From Candidatus Saganbacteria bacterium (GTDB lineage Bacteria; Margulisbacteria; WOR-1; JAKLHX01), in assembly GCA_026387835.1 (NCBI GenBank), contig JAPLKZ010000010.1, forward strand, positions 146,379 through 178,378: a stretch of DNA of 32,000 bases, written 5' to 3'. A program made the position numbers and the translations under genes. Of this stretch, positions 5,958-14,541 are shown in pieces (position 1 is the stretch's first letter; every line of letters starts with the position of its first letter). Under the pieces are notes generated by a model that was not told the origin of the DNA, did no database searches, and saw nothing but the letters and a program-made list of their open reading frames with translations.

Positions 5958-7501
5958 CGGTTTCCCCTCTTTTTCCAGGCGGTCCTGACAAGTAATGCCA
6001 GCCCGATGAAAAGCGCGACAAGCCCGGCCCTTGTCCATAGGACATATGGCACGTTCGCGGGACTTATATCCTTCATTGTCATCACAGAGATCCCCTGCTG
6101 GAACAGCCATGATGTTAGGATCGCGATAAGGAACAGCGGGGTGACATATTTTATGATCCATTTATAAATTTTCGGGATCTGCAGCTGCGCGCCGTGATGT
6201 ATCTCGTCCCAGGCTTTATCTATCCCGAATACCCACGCGAACAGCACCGCCTCGATAGTGCCGAACAGGACAAGGCAGAACGTGCCTCCCCAAAAATCCA
6301 GTTCGTCGACCACTCCGTTCCCCAAAAAGAATATCGCCGGCTGGCAGAGAAGGAATGAGGTCACGGATACGATGAGCGCGGCTTTTTTCCTGTCAAAGCC
6401 GAAATCATCTTTGACAAATGCGACCGCGGGCTCGATAAGCGATACGGATGATGTTATCCCCGCAAGGAAAAGCAAGCTAAACCATAGGAAAGCAAAGAAC
6501 GCGCCGAGCGATATTTTTGAAAAGATTAAAGGCATAGTCACAAACCCGAGATTATAGGCCCCGCTGGAAGCGATGTCCTTTACGCCTGCCGGACCGAAGA
6601 ACATAAAAGCGAGCGGAATGACTATGCTCCCACCGAGTATCACCTCGGCAAATTCGTTCGTCGCCGCCGCGGAAAGCCCCGACAGCGCGACATCGTCCCC
6701 CCTTTTCAGGTAGCTCGCGTAGGTCAGGATCACGCCTATTCCCACGCTCAAAGTGAAAAAGATCTGTCCCGCGGCCGCAAGCCAGGTCTTCGCGTTAAGC
6801 AGGGCGCTGAAATCCGGGTTCCACAAATACCCGAGCCCGTTGATGACGTTAAGTTCCGGATGCGACATGTCTGGAGCGCCGAGCGTCAGGACCCTGACAA
6901 CGATCACTATCGCCGCGATAAAAAGGGCCGGCATCGCTATCTTGCAAAGAAGCTCGATACCTTTTGAGACGCCGCGGTAAATGATCCACATGTTGATGGC
7001 AAAGGTCATTAAAAAGAAAATATATGCGTCTTTTATTCCGCAAAAATATTGGTTTGACGCGAGCCCCTGATAGCCGGACAAGAACTGCGCCATGTGGGCC
7101 TTATCGTGGATGGATGTAAGTACTCCGGTCAGCGAATAGAACGCGTACCCAAGCAGCCAGGACTCTATATAAGTGTAATAAATAAAGATCACGAGCGGTC
7201 CGAATATCCCTATCACGCCAAAATATTTGACGAAGCGGTTTTCCCACAGCCGGTTAAACATCCCCGGCGCCGTCGAATGGCCATGGACCCCGCCGAAACG
7301 GCCTATCGCCCACTCTATCCACATCAGGGGGATCCCCAGCAGTACCAGCGAGATAAAATACGGGATCATGAACGCGCCGCCGCCGTTGTTTGCCGCCTGT
7401 ACCGGGAACCTTAAAAAGTTCCCAAGGCCGACCACTGAACCCGCGACAGCCATTATTATGCCGATCTTTGATCCCCATGCGTCTTTTTTTGTCTCCGCCA
7501 T
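5954..7501 (-). CDS. sodium-dependent transporter, neurotransmitter:sodium symporter (NSS/SNF) family
   Basis: 515 aa and polytopic. The N-terminal signature GSKIGIIMAVAGSVVGLGNFLRFPVQAANNGGGAFMIPYFI...GIPLMWIEWAIGRFGG is typical of LeuT-like NSS proteins. Confidence 0.9.
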   Translation of the reverse strand: MAETKKDAWGSKIGIIMAVAGSVVGLGNFLRFPVQAANNGGGAFMIPYFISLVLLGIPLMWIEWAIGRFGGVHGHSTAPGMFNRLWENRFVKYFGVIGIFGPLVIFIYYTYIESWLLGYAFYSLTGVLTSIHDKAHMAQFLSGYQGLASNQYFCGIKDAYIFFLMTFAINMWIIYRGVSKGIELLCKIAMPALFIAAIVIVVRVLTLGAPDMSHPELNVINGLGYLWNPDFSALLNAKTWLAAAGQIFFTLSVGIGVILTYASYLKRGDDVALSGLSAAATNEFAEVILGGSIVIPLAFMFFGPAGVKDIASSGAYNLGFVTMPLIFSKISLGAFFAFLWFSLLFLAGITSSVSLIEPAVAFVKDDFGFDRKKAALIVSVTSFLLCQPAIFFLGNGVVDELDFWGGTFCLVLFGTIEAVLFAWVFGIDKAWDEIHHGAQLQIPKIYKWIIKYVTPLFLIAILTSWLFQQGISVMTMKDISPANVPYVLWTRAGLVALFIGLALLVRTAWKKRGNR

Positions 7502-7509
7502 TTGTAAAT

Positions 7510-7538
7510 ATGTTAAATGGAAAAAACGCCCGGGTCAA
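7510..7538 (-). promoter_or_regulatory. promoter TTGACC-17-TAACAT for the NSS gene; -10 ends 8 nt before the ATG (leaderless)
   Basis: The minus strand reads TTGACC CGGGCGTTTTTTCCATT TAACAT ATTTACAA ATG. There is no SD. Confidence 0.5.
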
Positions 7539-7581
7539 GATGCCTGCCGGCCCGCCATCCGATATGCTAAAATATTTTCCA

Positions 7582-8472
7582 ATGGATATTCCGCAGTTCC
7601 CCGGCTTTAAGCCCCTTAAAAAAGAAGACAAGCCCGTCTTTGAAGAGTATTATTCCAAAAGGCCCCTGGAGATGTCCGATTATACTTTCACGAATTTCTT
7701 CATCTGGCGCCTTGCGGATAACACAGAGCTCACGCTCGTGAACGGCAATCTTTGCGCTTATGTCACCGCCCCCGACAGAAAACGCTATTTCATGATGCCG
7801 CTCGGGGAGAACAAAATGGAAGACACGCTTATGAAATGCCTTTCAACGGGGACTGCCGTGATAAGAACCAATAAATATTTTGTTGACAGATACATAAGGA
7901 AAAATCCCGCTTTCAAGGCGGAGGAAGACCGCGACAATTTTGACTACATATATTTGGCAAAAGACCTTATGGAGCTTAAAGGGAAAAAATACGACGGCAA
8001 AAGGAACCATATCAACAGTTTTCTGAAATCCGGTTCTTTTGAATATGAAGACATGGACAGCGTCCATATCGGGGAATGCATCGCGCTTAACGAAAAATGG
8101 TGCCTCGGGAAAAAAAGAGAATCGGAAGAGTTCCCGAATATCGAGTGTGAAGGAGCGGTCGTAAAAGAAGCCCTGCTCAACTTCAAATTCCTCGGTCTGA
8201 AGGGAGGGGTCATAAAGATCAACGGCAGGATAAAGGCTTTCAGCCTCGGGGAGAGGCTGAACGATGACACGGCCGCTATTCACATAGAAAAAGCAGACCC
8301 GGCCATCAGGGGATTGTCGCAATTGATAAACAGGGAATTCGCACGGAACGCGTGGAGTTCCTTTACATTTATAAACCGCGAGCAGGACATGGGGCACGCG
8401 GGGCTTCGCAAGGCCAAGCTCAGTTATCACCCTGTGAAGATGGTAAGCAAGTTCAATATTACCCTGATGTGA
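7582..8472 (+). CDS. DUF2156-like protein (stand-alone homolog of the MprF C-terminal aminoacyl-PG synthase/GNAT-fold domain)
   Basis: The start FPGFKPLKKEDKPVFEEYYSKRPLEMSDYTFTNFFIWR is typical of DUF2156. Start chosen at 7582 because TGCTAAAAT (7565-7573, extended -10) lies 8 nt upstream. Alternative in-frame ATGs at 7564, 7540 and 7510 cannot be excluded. The track ORF start at 7390 overlaps the NSS gene. Confidence 0.7.
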   Translation: MDIPQFPGFKPLKKEDKPVFEEYYSKRPLEMSDYTFTNFFIWRLADNTELTLVNGNLCAYVTAPDRKRYFMMPLGENKMEDTLMKCLSTGTAVIRTNKYFVDRYIRKNPAFKAEEDRDNFDYIYLAKDLMELKGKKYDGKRNHINSFLKSGSFEYEDMDSVHIGECIALNEKWCLGKKRESEEFPNIECEGAVVKEALLNFKFLGLKGGVIKINGRIKAFSLGERLNDDTAAIHIEKADPAIRGLSQLINREFARNAWSSFTFINREQDMGHAGLRKAKLSYHPVKMVSKFNITLM

Positions 8473-8499
8473 TAAAATAACCTATAAAGGAGACAATCA

Positions 8500-9375
8500 A
8501 TGGCAAACAAATTAAAACTCGGCCTTCCGAAAGGAAGCCTTCAGGATTCCACTTTCGGGCTTTTTGAAAAAGCGGGATACAAGATAAGGGTATCGGCAAG
8601 GTCATACTTTCCTACGATAGATGATGAAGAAATAGAGGTTATGCTCATCAGGGCGCAGGAAATGGCTCGTTATGTGGAAAGCAGGGTGATCGATTGCGGC
8701 CTGACAGGTACCGACTGGACGGTCGAGAGCGGCTGCAAGGTGGAAAAGATAAAGGACCTGATCTACGCGAAACAGGGACTGAGGAAAGTGAAATGGGTGC
8801 TCGCTGTCCCGAAAGGATCCCCGATCAAAAGCGCAAAAGACCTGCAGGGTAAAAGAGTAGCAACGGAACTTGTAAATGTCACGAAAGAATATTTAAAAAA
8901 GAACGGCGTGGACGCTTCGGTAGAATTCTCATGGGGAGCGACCGAGGCAAAACCGCCGGAGCTGGCGGATGCCATCGTCGAGCTTACTGAGACAGGGAGT
9001 TCCCTGCGCGCGAACAATCTTGAGATCATCGATACCGTCCTTGAATCAAATACTATATTCATCGCGAACCAGGACGCTTTAAAAGATAACTGGAAAAAAC
9101 AGAAGATAACAAACATACTGATGCTGCTTGAAGGCGCGCTGAACGCACAGACCCTTGTCGGGCTCAAGATGAACGTTCAAAAGAACGGGCTTGACGCCGT
9201 TTTGGGGGTCCTGCCGGCCCTGAAAAATCCGACAATAGCGCAACTGAGCGACCAGAACTGGGTAGATGTCGACACTATCATCGAAGAAAAGATAGTCCGC
9301 GATATCATCCCGAAACTGAAAGCCGCAGGGGCTGAAGGGATAGTCGAGTATCCGCTGAACAAGGTTATTTATTAG
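8500..9375 (+). CDS. hisG: ATP phosphoribosyltransferase, long form with C-terminal regulatory domain
   Basis: [29 protein letters not shown]...[25 protein letters not shown]. At 291 aa it has the C-terminal HisG_C-like region. SD AAGGAG is upstream. Confidence 0.9.
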   Translation: MANKLKLGLPKGSLQDSTFGLFEKAGYKIRVSARSYFPTIDDEEIEVMLIRAQEMARYVESRVIDCGLTGTDWTVESGCKVEKIKDLIYAKQGLRKVKWVLAVPKGSPIKSAKDLQGKRVATELVNVTKEYLKKNGVDASVEFSWGATEAKPPELADAIVELTETGSSLRANNLEIIDTVLESNTIFIANQDALKDNWKKQKITNILMLLEGALNAQTLVGLKMNVQKNGLDAVLGVLPALKNPTIAQLSDQNWVDVDTIIEEKIVRDIIPKLKAAGAEGIVEYPLNKVIY

Positions 9376-11420
9376 TTCTTAAAGTGCCGGAGCGCTGAGT
9401 AAGTGATCGAGTATTTGTTCCCGGCGTTCCACACGAGGAAACTCCTTATTTTCAGATCGTCCAAAGCTTTTTTCTGCATAAGCACATAGTTCTCGCTGAA
9501 GTTCTTCACCCTCCAGTCAAAACCCTGGATCCACGGGACAAGTTTTGCATCGGCCCCTTCGATCAGCTTAAGCGATTTTTCACACCCGCGTTTAATAAAG
9601 AGATAGGGTTCGTCCACCGGGTTCTGATATCCGTCAAACCCTCTGTCAAAATGCGAGGGGTAAAGCATCGGACTGACCACAAAGACATACTTTGCCATCT
9701 CCCCTATCCTCTGGCCGGTTATTGAAATATCCATATCCTTGAGCCAGGCCATGACGCCAAAAATGTCTATCGCTATGGAAACATTGTATGGTTCAAGCCT
9801 TTCGTAAGCTTCCTTTAAAAATCTTTCGACCGCGTAGTATTTTTCCTTGTCACGCGGGACCGCAATATTGCTCACGCTGCCTTTTTCGGGAAATCTAATA
9901 TAGTCGAACTGGACTTCGTCCGCGCCCATCTTTGCCGCCGCTTCCGCGAGGTCGATGTTATATTTTCTGACCTCTTCTGAAAAAGGATCGACCCAGTTGA
10001 CCCCGTCATTTTCTGTCCAGACGTTTCCTGTTTTGCTCTTCAGGGCGAGATCAGGCCTTTTTTTTGCGAGTAGCCTGTCTTTGAACACCGCGATCCTTAC
10101 GGAGACCCTTATCCCGTTATCGTGCATTTTCTTTAAGACTTGTTTAAAGTCCTTGATGAATATCCTGTCCAGAGCTCCTATCTTTTTGGCAAGAGGCACT
10201 TCGACCGGGGTCCCGATAACTCCTTCTATGTCCTTCAGGTCGATGACAACGGTGTTTAGCCCTGTCTTTTTATAATTTTCTATAAGTTCATCCAGGCGGT
10301 TTTCAATTCCCGCACTGTGAAAAGTATAATAGACCCCTTTATCGGATGTTCTTATTCTGTTCATCCTGTCTTTTTTGGAAGAGATCCTTGATTCTTTCAC
10401 AAATTTATCGCCGTCATAGATTTTGATCTTCATTCCCGCTTTTAGCGCGGTCTTATCCAGGAGTTTTTCGTCTTTTTGCTGAAAGGTTATTGTGTTCGGG
10501 TCTCCATCGCTGACGTAAAACTCCCGGGTATGCTTTTTCATGTAGGAGATCCATTTATCAAGTTCTACATCGCTTGCCTGGATCCTTTGCACCATTGCCG
10601 GATCAAAATCGGTGCGGAAAGGAGGGGTCGCCGGGGACCAGCCTACAAGGAACGCGACTTTGTAATGATAGGTTATCCCTCCGTAAGTACCGTCCTGCAG
10701 GAGCCATCTTCCTCTTTTTGGCAAAATGCCGAAAGGCAGGGCAACTGAAGAAGCTTCATGAGAAGGTATTGCCTCATAGATCTTTGCCTGCAACAGCGCG
10801 ATCTCCTTCTTTATGCCGTTAAAATCGAGGTCCGAAAGTTTCGCGTGGGTCAAAGTGTGATTGCCGATCTCCCTTCCGGTCCTGACAAGATATTTCAGCT
10901 TCTCTTTCCAGAGCGATGGGCATTCTTTCTGATAAAAAGGCCGGGAATTTATGAAAAATGTCGCGGCCCTGCCGAAATCCGAATGCTTCCTGCAGAACTC
11001 GTCAAGTATACCTACGGCGCAGTCCGGATCGATCTTGGGAATACCGCCGCTGCCCTCGACTGTCGAACCTTTCACAATAAGAAACCTGAATTGTGTGGGG
11101 TGTCCGTCGTCAAATGTCATGACAAGCGGCTTTCTTCCTTCAGGAACTTTGACACGGCTGTTGTTGAAAAGGTCGTTGATACTTACAAGACAGAAGCCTT
11201 CGGCATAAAATTTTTCAAGGTCTTTCCTGAAATTGGCCGCGGACCTTATCCACTCGCCTTTTCCGTCTTCGATCCTGTGATATTCGACGACGAATATCCT
11301 GCCGAGCTCATTATAAGGCCCTTTTACGACCAGGGGCGAAGGCCCTGTCGCCTTCTGGCATGAAGACAACAAAATGCCCGTAAAAAATAAAGCTGAAAAT
11401 ATTAAAAGGCGGGGACGCAT
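9372..11420 (-). CDS. lipoprotein fusing a NodB-type polysaccharide deacetylase to a TIM-barrel putative glycoside hydrolase (COG1306/DUF4015-like)
   Basis: Start set at ATG 11420 ([21 protein letters not shown], lipobox LSSC). NodB motifs VMTFDDGHP and GNHTLTH. The C-terminal half reads NTVVIDLKD...[10 protein letters not shown]...[37 protein letters not shown]. The 54 codons upstream in the track ORF overlap the promoter and the ssb start. Confidence 0.8.
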   Translation of the reverse strand: MRPRLLIFSALFFTGILLSSCQKATGPSPLVVKGPYNELGRIFVVEYHRIEDGKGEWIRSAANFRKDLEKFYAEGFCLVSINDLFNNSRVKVPEGRKPLVMTFDDGHPTQFRFLIVKGSTVEGSGGIPKIDPDCAVGILDEFCRKHSDFGRAATFFINSRPFYQKECPSLWKEKLKYLVRTGREIGNHTLTHAKLSDLDFNGIKKEIALLQAKIYEAIPSHEASSVALPFGILPKRGRWLLQDGTYGGITYHYKVAFLVGWSPATPPFRTDFDPAMVQRIQASDVELDKWISYMKKHTREFYVSDGDPNTITFQQKDEKLLDKTALKAGMKIKIYDGDKFVKESRISSKKDRMNRIRTSDKGVYYTFHSAGIENRLDELIENYKKTGLNTVVIDLKDIEGVIGTPVEVPLAKKIGALDRIFIKDFKQVLKKMHDNGIRVSVRIAVFKDRLLAKKRPDLALKSKTGNVWTENDGVNWVDPFSEEVRKYNIDLAEAAAKMGADEVQFDYIRFPEKGSVSNIAVPRDKEKYYAVERFLKEAYERLEPYNVSIAIDIFGVMAWLKDMDISITGQRIGEMAKYVFVVSPMLYPSHFDRGFDGYQNPVDEPYLFIKRGCEKSLKLIEGADAKLVPWIQGFDWRVKNFSENYVLMQKKALDDLKIRSFLVWNAGNKYSITYSALRHFKN

Positions 11421-11492
11421 CGTAAGGGTATTATAGCAGATTAATGCGGCGGGCAAATTGCTCATGTTCCATCCAAAAGGAGGTGATAATGA

Positions 11493-11894
11493 ATGGCAGG
11501 ACTTAACAGGATGATACTGACCGGCAATCTGACGCGTGATCCCGAGATCAGGTTCACAAAGAACGAAGTGCCTGTAGCGCATTTTACCGTCGCGGTGAAC
11601 GGCATCCCGAGGAACGGGGAAAAAGGTGATGTCAATTTCTTTAATTGTGTCGCATGGAGAGGCCTCGCAAATATTTGCGGAGAATATCTCAAAAAAGGGA
11701 GCTCCGTCGCGATAGAAGGTAAGCTCCGGATAAAGGCTTACGAAAGCAAAGGCGTCAAGAAACAGGCGACCGAGATCTGGGTAGACAATATGATGATGCT
11801 GGATAAAAAGTTCCTGAAAGCCGCAAAGGATAATACTGCGGAGGAATCCGAAGAAGCCGAAGGAGCGGAAAATGAGCTTGTAAGTACCTCTTAG
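11493..11894 (+). CDS. ssb: single-stranded DNA-binding protein
   Basis: OB-fold signature MAGLNRMILTGNLTRDPEIRFTKNEVPVAHFTVAVNG...FFNCVAWRGLANICGEYLKKGSSVAIEGKLR. SD AAGGAGGTGA at 11477-11486. Confidence 0.9.
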   Translation: MAGLNRMILTGNLTRDPEIRFTKNEVPVAHFTVAVNGIPRNGEKGDVNFFNCVAWRGLANICGEYLKKGSSVAIEGKLRIKAYESKGVKKQATEIWVDNMMMLDKKFLKAAKDNTAEESEEAEGAENELVSTS

Positions 11895-11910
11895 ATCCTT
11901 TCCTTAATGA

Positions 11911-11946
11911 GGGCCTTGGGTGTTGAAAAATCCGACACCGGGGCCC
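11911..11946 (+). terminator. candidate ssb terminator (two-tier hairpin, poor U-tract)
   Basis: GGGCC..GGTGTTG AAAAATC CGACACC..GGCCC followed by TTCCCTCCTT. The inner stem is 7 bp including one G-U pair. Confidence 0.35.
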
Positions 11947-11954
11947 TTCCCTCC

Positions 11955-11983
11955 TTGAAAATATTTATGGCATCGCCTATTAT
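11955..11983 (+). promoter_or_regulatory. promoter TTGAAA-17-TATTAT; -10 ends 6 nt before the LCP ATG (leaderless)
   Basis: TTGAAA at 11955-11960, a 17-nt spacer, TATTAT at 11978-11983, then GTTTTT and the ATG at 11990. There is no SD. Confidence 0.6.
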
Positions 11984-11989
11984 GTTTTT

Positions 11990-12871
11990 ATGCGGAAAAA
12001 GCAGCAAATAGATCTTTTGCGGATAATCGCCCTTCTTTTGATATTTCTGATGATGATCTATGCCTGGCTCTTCATTTTTATGCCGAGAAGCATACCTCAC
12101 GCCCTGATGTTATTTGTCCCGGGGTCAAAATTGAACATCATACTGATCGGCAAGGATCATTCTTACGATGAATTCCATAATATGGTTAAAAACAGCCGGT
12201 CCGATACATTGATCCTGGCCCAGATAAACCCTTTTATCAATAAAATAACCCTTGTTTCAATACCGCGGGATTCGTTCGTCGATATCCCGGGATACGGGTC
12301 CCGCAAGATCAATGAAGCATATTTGAACGGAAAAGAAGACCTTGTGAAAACGACCGTCAAACAGCTTATCGGCATCGATATTCACGGCTATATGACGGTA
12401 GATACAAAGGGCTTCGTCTCCGTTGTCGACAGCCTCGGGGGATTAGTTTTCTATGTCGAAAAAAATATGCGCTACGACGATAACTGGGGAGGTCTGCATA
12501 TCGACCTGAAAAAAGGAAAACAAAGGCTTTCAGGAAAACAGCTTGAAGGATACGTGAGGTTCAGGCACGACAGCGAAGGCGATATCGCCAGGGTCAGGCG
12601 GCAACAGGCCTCTCTTAAGCAGATATTTAAGAAACTGTCTTCGCCGGCGGCGCTTGTAAGGCTGCCGTGGATCATTCCTTCCGTAAAGGCTTCGATCGAA
12701 ACGGACATCTCATTTACCGGCCTTTTGCGTATAGCCAATTTTGCCCGCAGTATCGAACCAAGCGATATAAGGATATTCACCCTGCCGGGACATATCAAAG
12801 ACGGCGATCCTCACTGGTATATCGATCCTGAAATGACAAGAGGACTCTTTTTAGAAAACAAGATACTCTGA
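11990..12871 (+). CDS. LytR-CpsA-Psr (LCP) family cell-envelope polymer transferase
   Basis: An N-terminal TM segment followed by NIILIGKDHS...SRSDTLILAQINPFINKITLVSIPRDSFVDIPGYGSRKINEAY...GIDIHGYMTVDTKGFVSVVDSLGG. Confidence 0.85.
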   Translation: MRKKQQIDLLRIIALLLIFLMMIYAWLFIFMPRSIPHALMLFVPGSKLNIILIGKDHSYDEFHNMVKNSRSDTLILAQINPFINKITLVSIPRDSFVDIPGYGSRKINEAYLNGKEDLVKTTVKQLIGIDIHGYMTVDTKGFVSVVDSLGGLVFYVEKNMRYDDNWGGLHIDLKKGKQRLSGKQLEGYVRFRHDSEGDIARVRRQQASLKQIFKKLSSPAALVRLPWIIPSVKASIETDISFTGLLRIANFARSIEPSDIRIFTLPGHIKDGDPHWYIDPEMTRGLFLENKIL

Positions 12872-12880
12872 TTTGCAATA

Positions 12881-12889
12881 TGATATAAT
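12881..12889 (+). promoter_or_regulatory. extended -10 TGATATAAT, 8 nt before the M50 protease ATG (leaderless)
   Basis: Plus strand reads tgatataat tttcacaa ATG(12898). There is no SD. Confidence 0.5.
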
Positions 12890-12897
12890 TTTCACAA

Positions 12898-14022
12898 ATG
12901 AGATCCGCCATAAAAGTAGGCACGCTTATCGGCATCCCAATAGAGATAAATTATTCGTGGCTCCTGATATTCGGGCTCGTCACTTGGACCCTTGCCACAC
13001 TCCATTTTCCATACCGCGTGCCGGGACTTCCGCCTCTCCATTATTGGATAGCCTCCGTCATCGCGGCATTCCTGCTGTTCGTCTCTTTGCTTCTGCACGA
13101 GCTCGCACATTCATATATAGCGCAGAAGAAAGGCCTGGCCATAAAAAAGATAACCCTTTTTATTTTTGGCGGGGTCGCGCAGATGGAAAGTGAGCCGGAA
13201 CTGCCAAACATCGAATTCCAAATGGCGCTTGCGGGGCCTTTTTTCAGTCTGTCAATGGCCGCTTTTTCATTCGTATTGATGAGCATTTTAACCGCTATGG
13301 GGATAAGCGGTCTTTCGGTTGAAACATTTAGATATCTTTGGTGGATGAACGTTACTATAGCTGTCTTCAACATGATACCGGGATTCCCGCTTGACGGCGG
13401 CCGCGTCCTCAGGGCGGTGATATGGCATTTCAACGGGAACCTCAGGGACGCGACAAGAATAGCCACGATATTCGGAAAACTTTTCTCGTTCGCCTTCATG
13501 ATGACCGGACTTTTCTTTCTTTATATGATGCAGTTCGTCACCGGTATCTGGTTCATCGTTATAGGGCTTTTCCTGCACGAGGCGGCCGAGCTCTGCTACC
13601 AGCAGCTGATACTGAAAAAAGCCCTCCTGGGCGTCCCGGTCAGGGACGTGATGGTCGCGGATGTAATAACCGTCCATCCCGAACTCACGATCGACAGGCT
13701 GATAAGGGATTATTTTTATAAACACCGCCACATGGGATTTCCGGTCGTCGAGAACGGCAAACTTTTAGGTCTGATCACACTGCAGGATGTCGGACAGATA
13801 CCGGACGACCGGAAACCTTTGACAAAAGTCAGGGATCTGACTGTCCCCGCCAAACAGGAGCTTTTGATATGCCCGGAACATGACGCGCTTGAAGCTCTGC
13901 TTAAAGTCACCAAGTCAGGCCTCGGAAAACTCCTTGTGGTCGAGAACGGCCGGTTGCTCGGCATAATCGCCCAGACAGACCTTGTAAAGCTATTTGAGAT
14001 AAAGACCCATCTTTGCAGATAG
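12898..14022 (+). CDS. site-2 protease family (M50) zinc metalloprotease with C-terminal CBS pair
   Basis: HELAHSYIAQKKG (HExxH), the FNMIPGFPLDGGRV motif, multiple TM segments, and two CBS-like repeats (VRDVMVADVITV..., GLITLQDV..., GIIAQTDLVKL). Confidence 0.9.
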   Translation: MRSAIKVGTLIGIPIEINYSWLLIFGLVTWTLATLHFPYRVPGLPPLHYWIASVIAAFLLFVSLLLHELAHSYIAQKKGLAIKKITLFIFGGVAQMESEPELPNIEFQMALAGPFFSLSMAAFSFVLMSILTAMGISGLSVETFRYLWWMNVTIAVFNMIPGFPLDGGRVLRAVIWHFNGNLRDATRIATIFGKLFSFAFMMTGLFFLYMMQFVTGIWFIVIGLFLHEAAELCYQQLILKKALLGVPVRDVMVADVITVHPELTIDRLIRDYFYKHRHMGFPVVENGKLLGLITLQDVGQIPDDRKPLTKVRDLTVPAKQELLICPEHDALEALLKVTKSGLGKLLVVENGRLLGIIAQTDLVKLFEIKTHLCR

Positions 14023-14034
14023 GAGCAGCCGCAA

Positions 14035-14541
14035 GTGAAAAAAGCCGTGCTGGTGATCGCACATGAAGCTTTCAGGGACGAAGAATATTTCCATCCTAAA
14101 GAGATACTTGAAAAGAACGGCATCTTCGTTAGGACTGTTTCCGCAAAAAAAGGCGCCTGCCTTGGAAAATTGGGCGCAAAGGCTGAGTGCGACATGGCCC
14201 TCTCCGAGACTAAAGCATCTGATTTTGACGGAATATTTTTTATAGGAGGACCTGGAGCTTATGATTTTTTCGAAGATAAGACAGCGCACGGCCTACTGAC
14301 AGATGCGGTATCTCTTGGGAAAGTCGTCGGCGGGATCTGCGCGGGAGCGGCTGTCCTGGCGCACGCGGGAATATTAAAAGGAAAAAAGGCGACTTCTTTC
14401 TCGGGAGTAAGACAGGACCTTGAAAAATACGGTGCTCATTACACGGCTGCAAGTGTGGAGGTCGACGGAAAGGTGATCACTGCCGACGGGCCGCAGTCGG
14501 CAAAGCAGTTCGGCGAAGCGATCGTAAAAGCTCTGGCTTAA
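14035..14541 (+). CDS. DJ-1/PfpI family protein
   Basis: GTG start at 14035 with AGGAG about 9 nt upstream. The nucleophile-elbow motif GGICAGAAVLAHAGILKGKKATS is present. Length is 168 aa. Confidence 0.8.
   Translation: MKKAVLVIAHEAFRDEEYFHPKEILEKNGIFVRTVSAKKGACLGKLGAKAECDMALSETKASDFDGIFFIGGPGAYDFFEDKTAHGLLTDAVSLGKVVGGICAGAAVLAHAGILKGKKATSFSGVRQDLEKYGAHYTAASVEVDGKVITADGPQSAKQFGEAIVKALA

Noticed and set aside
5958-6161. Upstream two-thirds of track ORF 5850..6161, and ORF 5845..6045
   Set aside because: They overlap the 3-prime end of the NSS gene out of frame. Only the last 35 codons, starting at the ATGA overlap, make biological sense.
7843-8430. 195-aa and 108-aa ORFs antisense to the DUF2156 gene
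   Set aside because: These are shadow ORFs inside a gene with a recognisable family signature on the other strand.
10758-11363. 201-aa ORF (and several 80-106-aa ORFs) antisense to the deacetylase/hydrolase gene
   Set aside because: The opposite strand carries clear NodB and TIM-barrel motifs. No start signals are present.
11421-11582. 54-codon 5-prime extension of the 736-aa track ORF
   Set aside because: It lacks signal-peptide logic, overlaps the ssb start and SD, and contains the TATAAT promoter. ATG 11420 yields a proper lipoprotein signal.
12873-13193. 106-aa plus-strand ORF overlapping the M50 protease start in another frame
   Set aside because: The M50 frame carries HExxH and TM segments. 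This ORF is Arg/His-rich with no signals.
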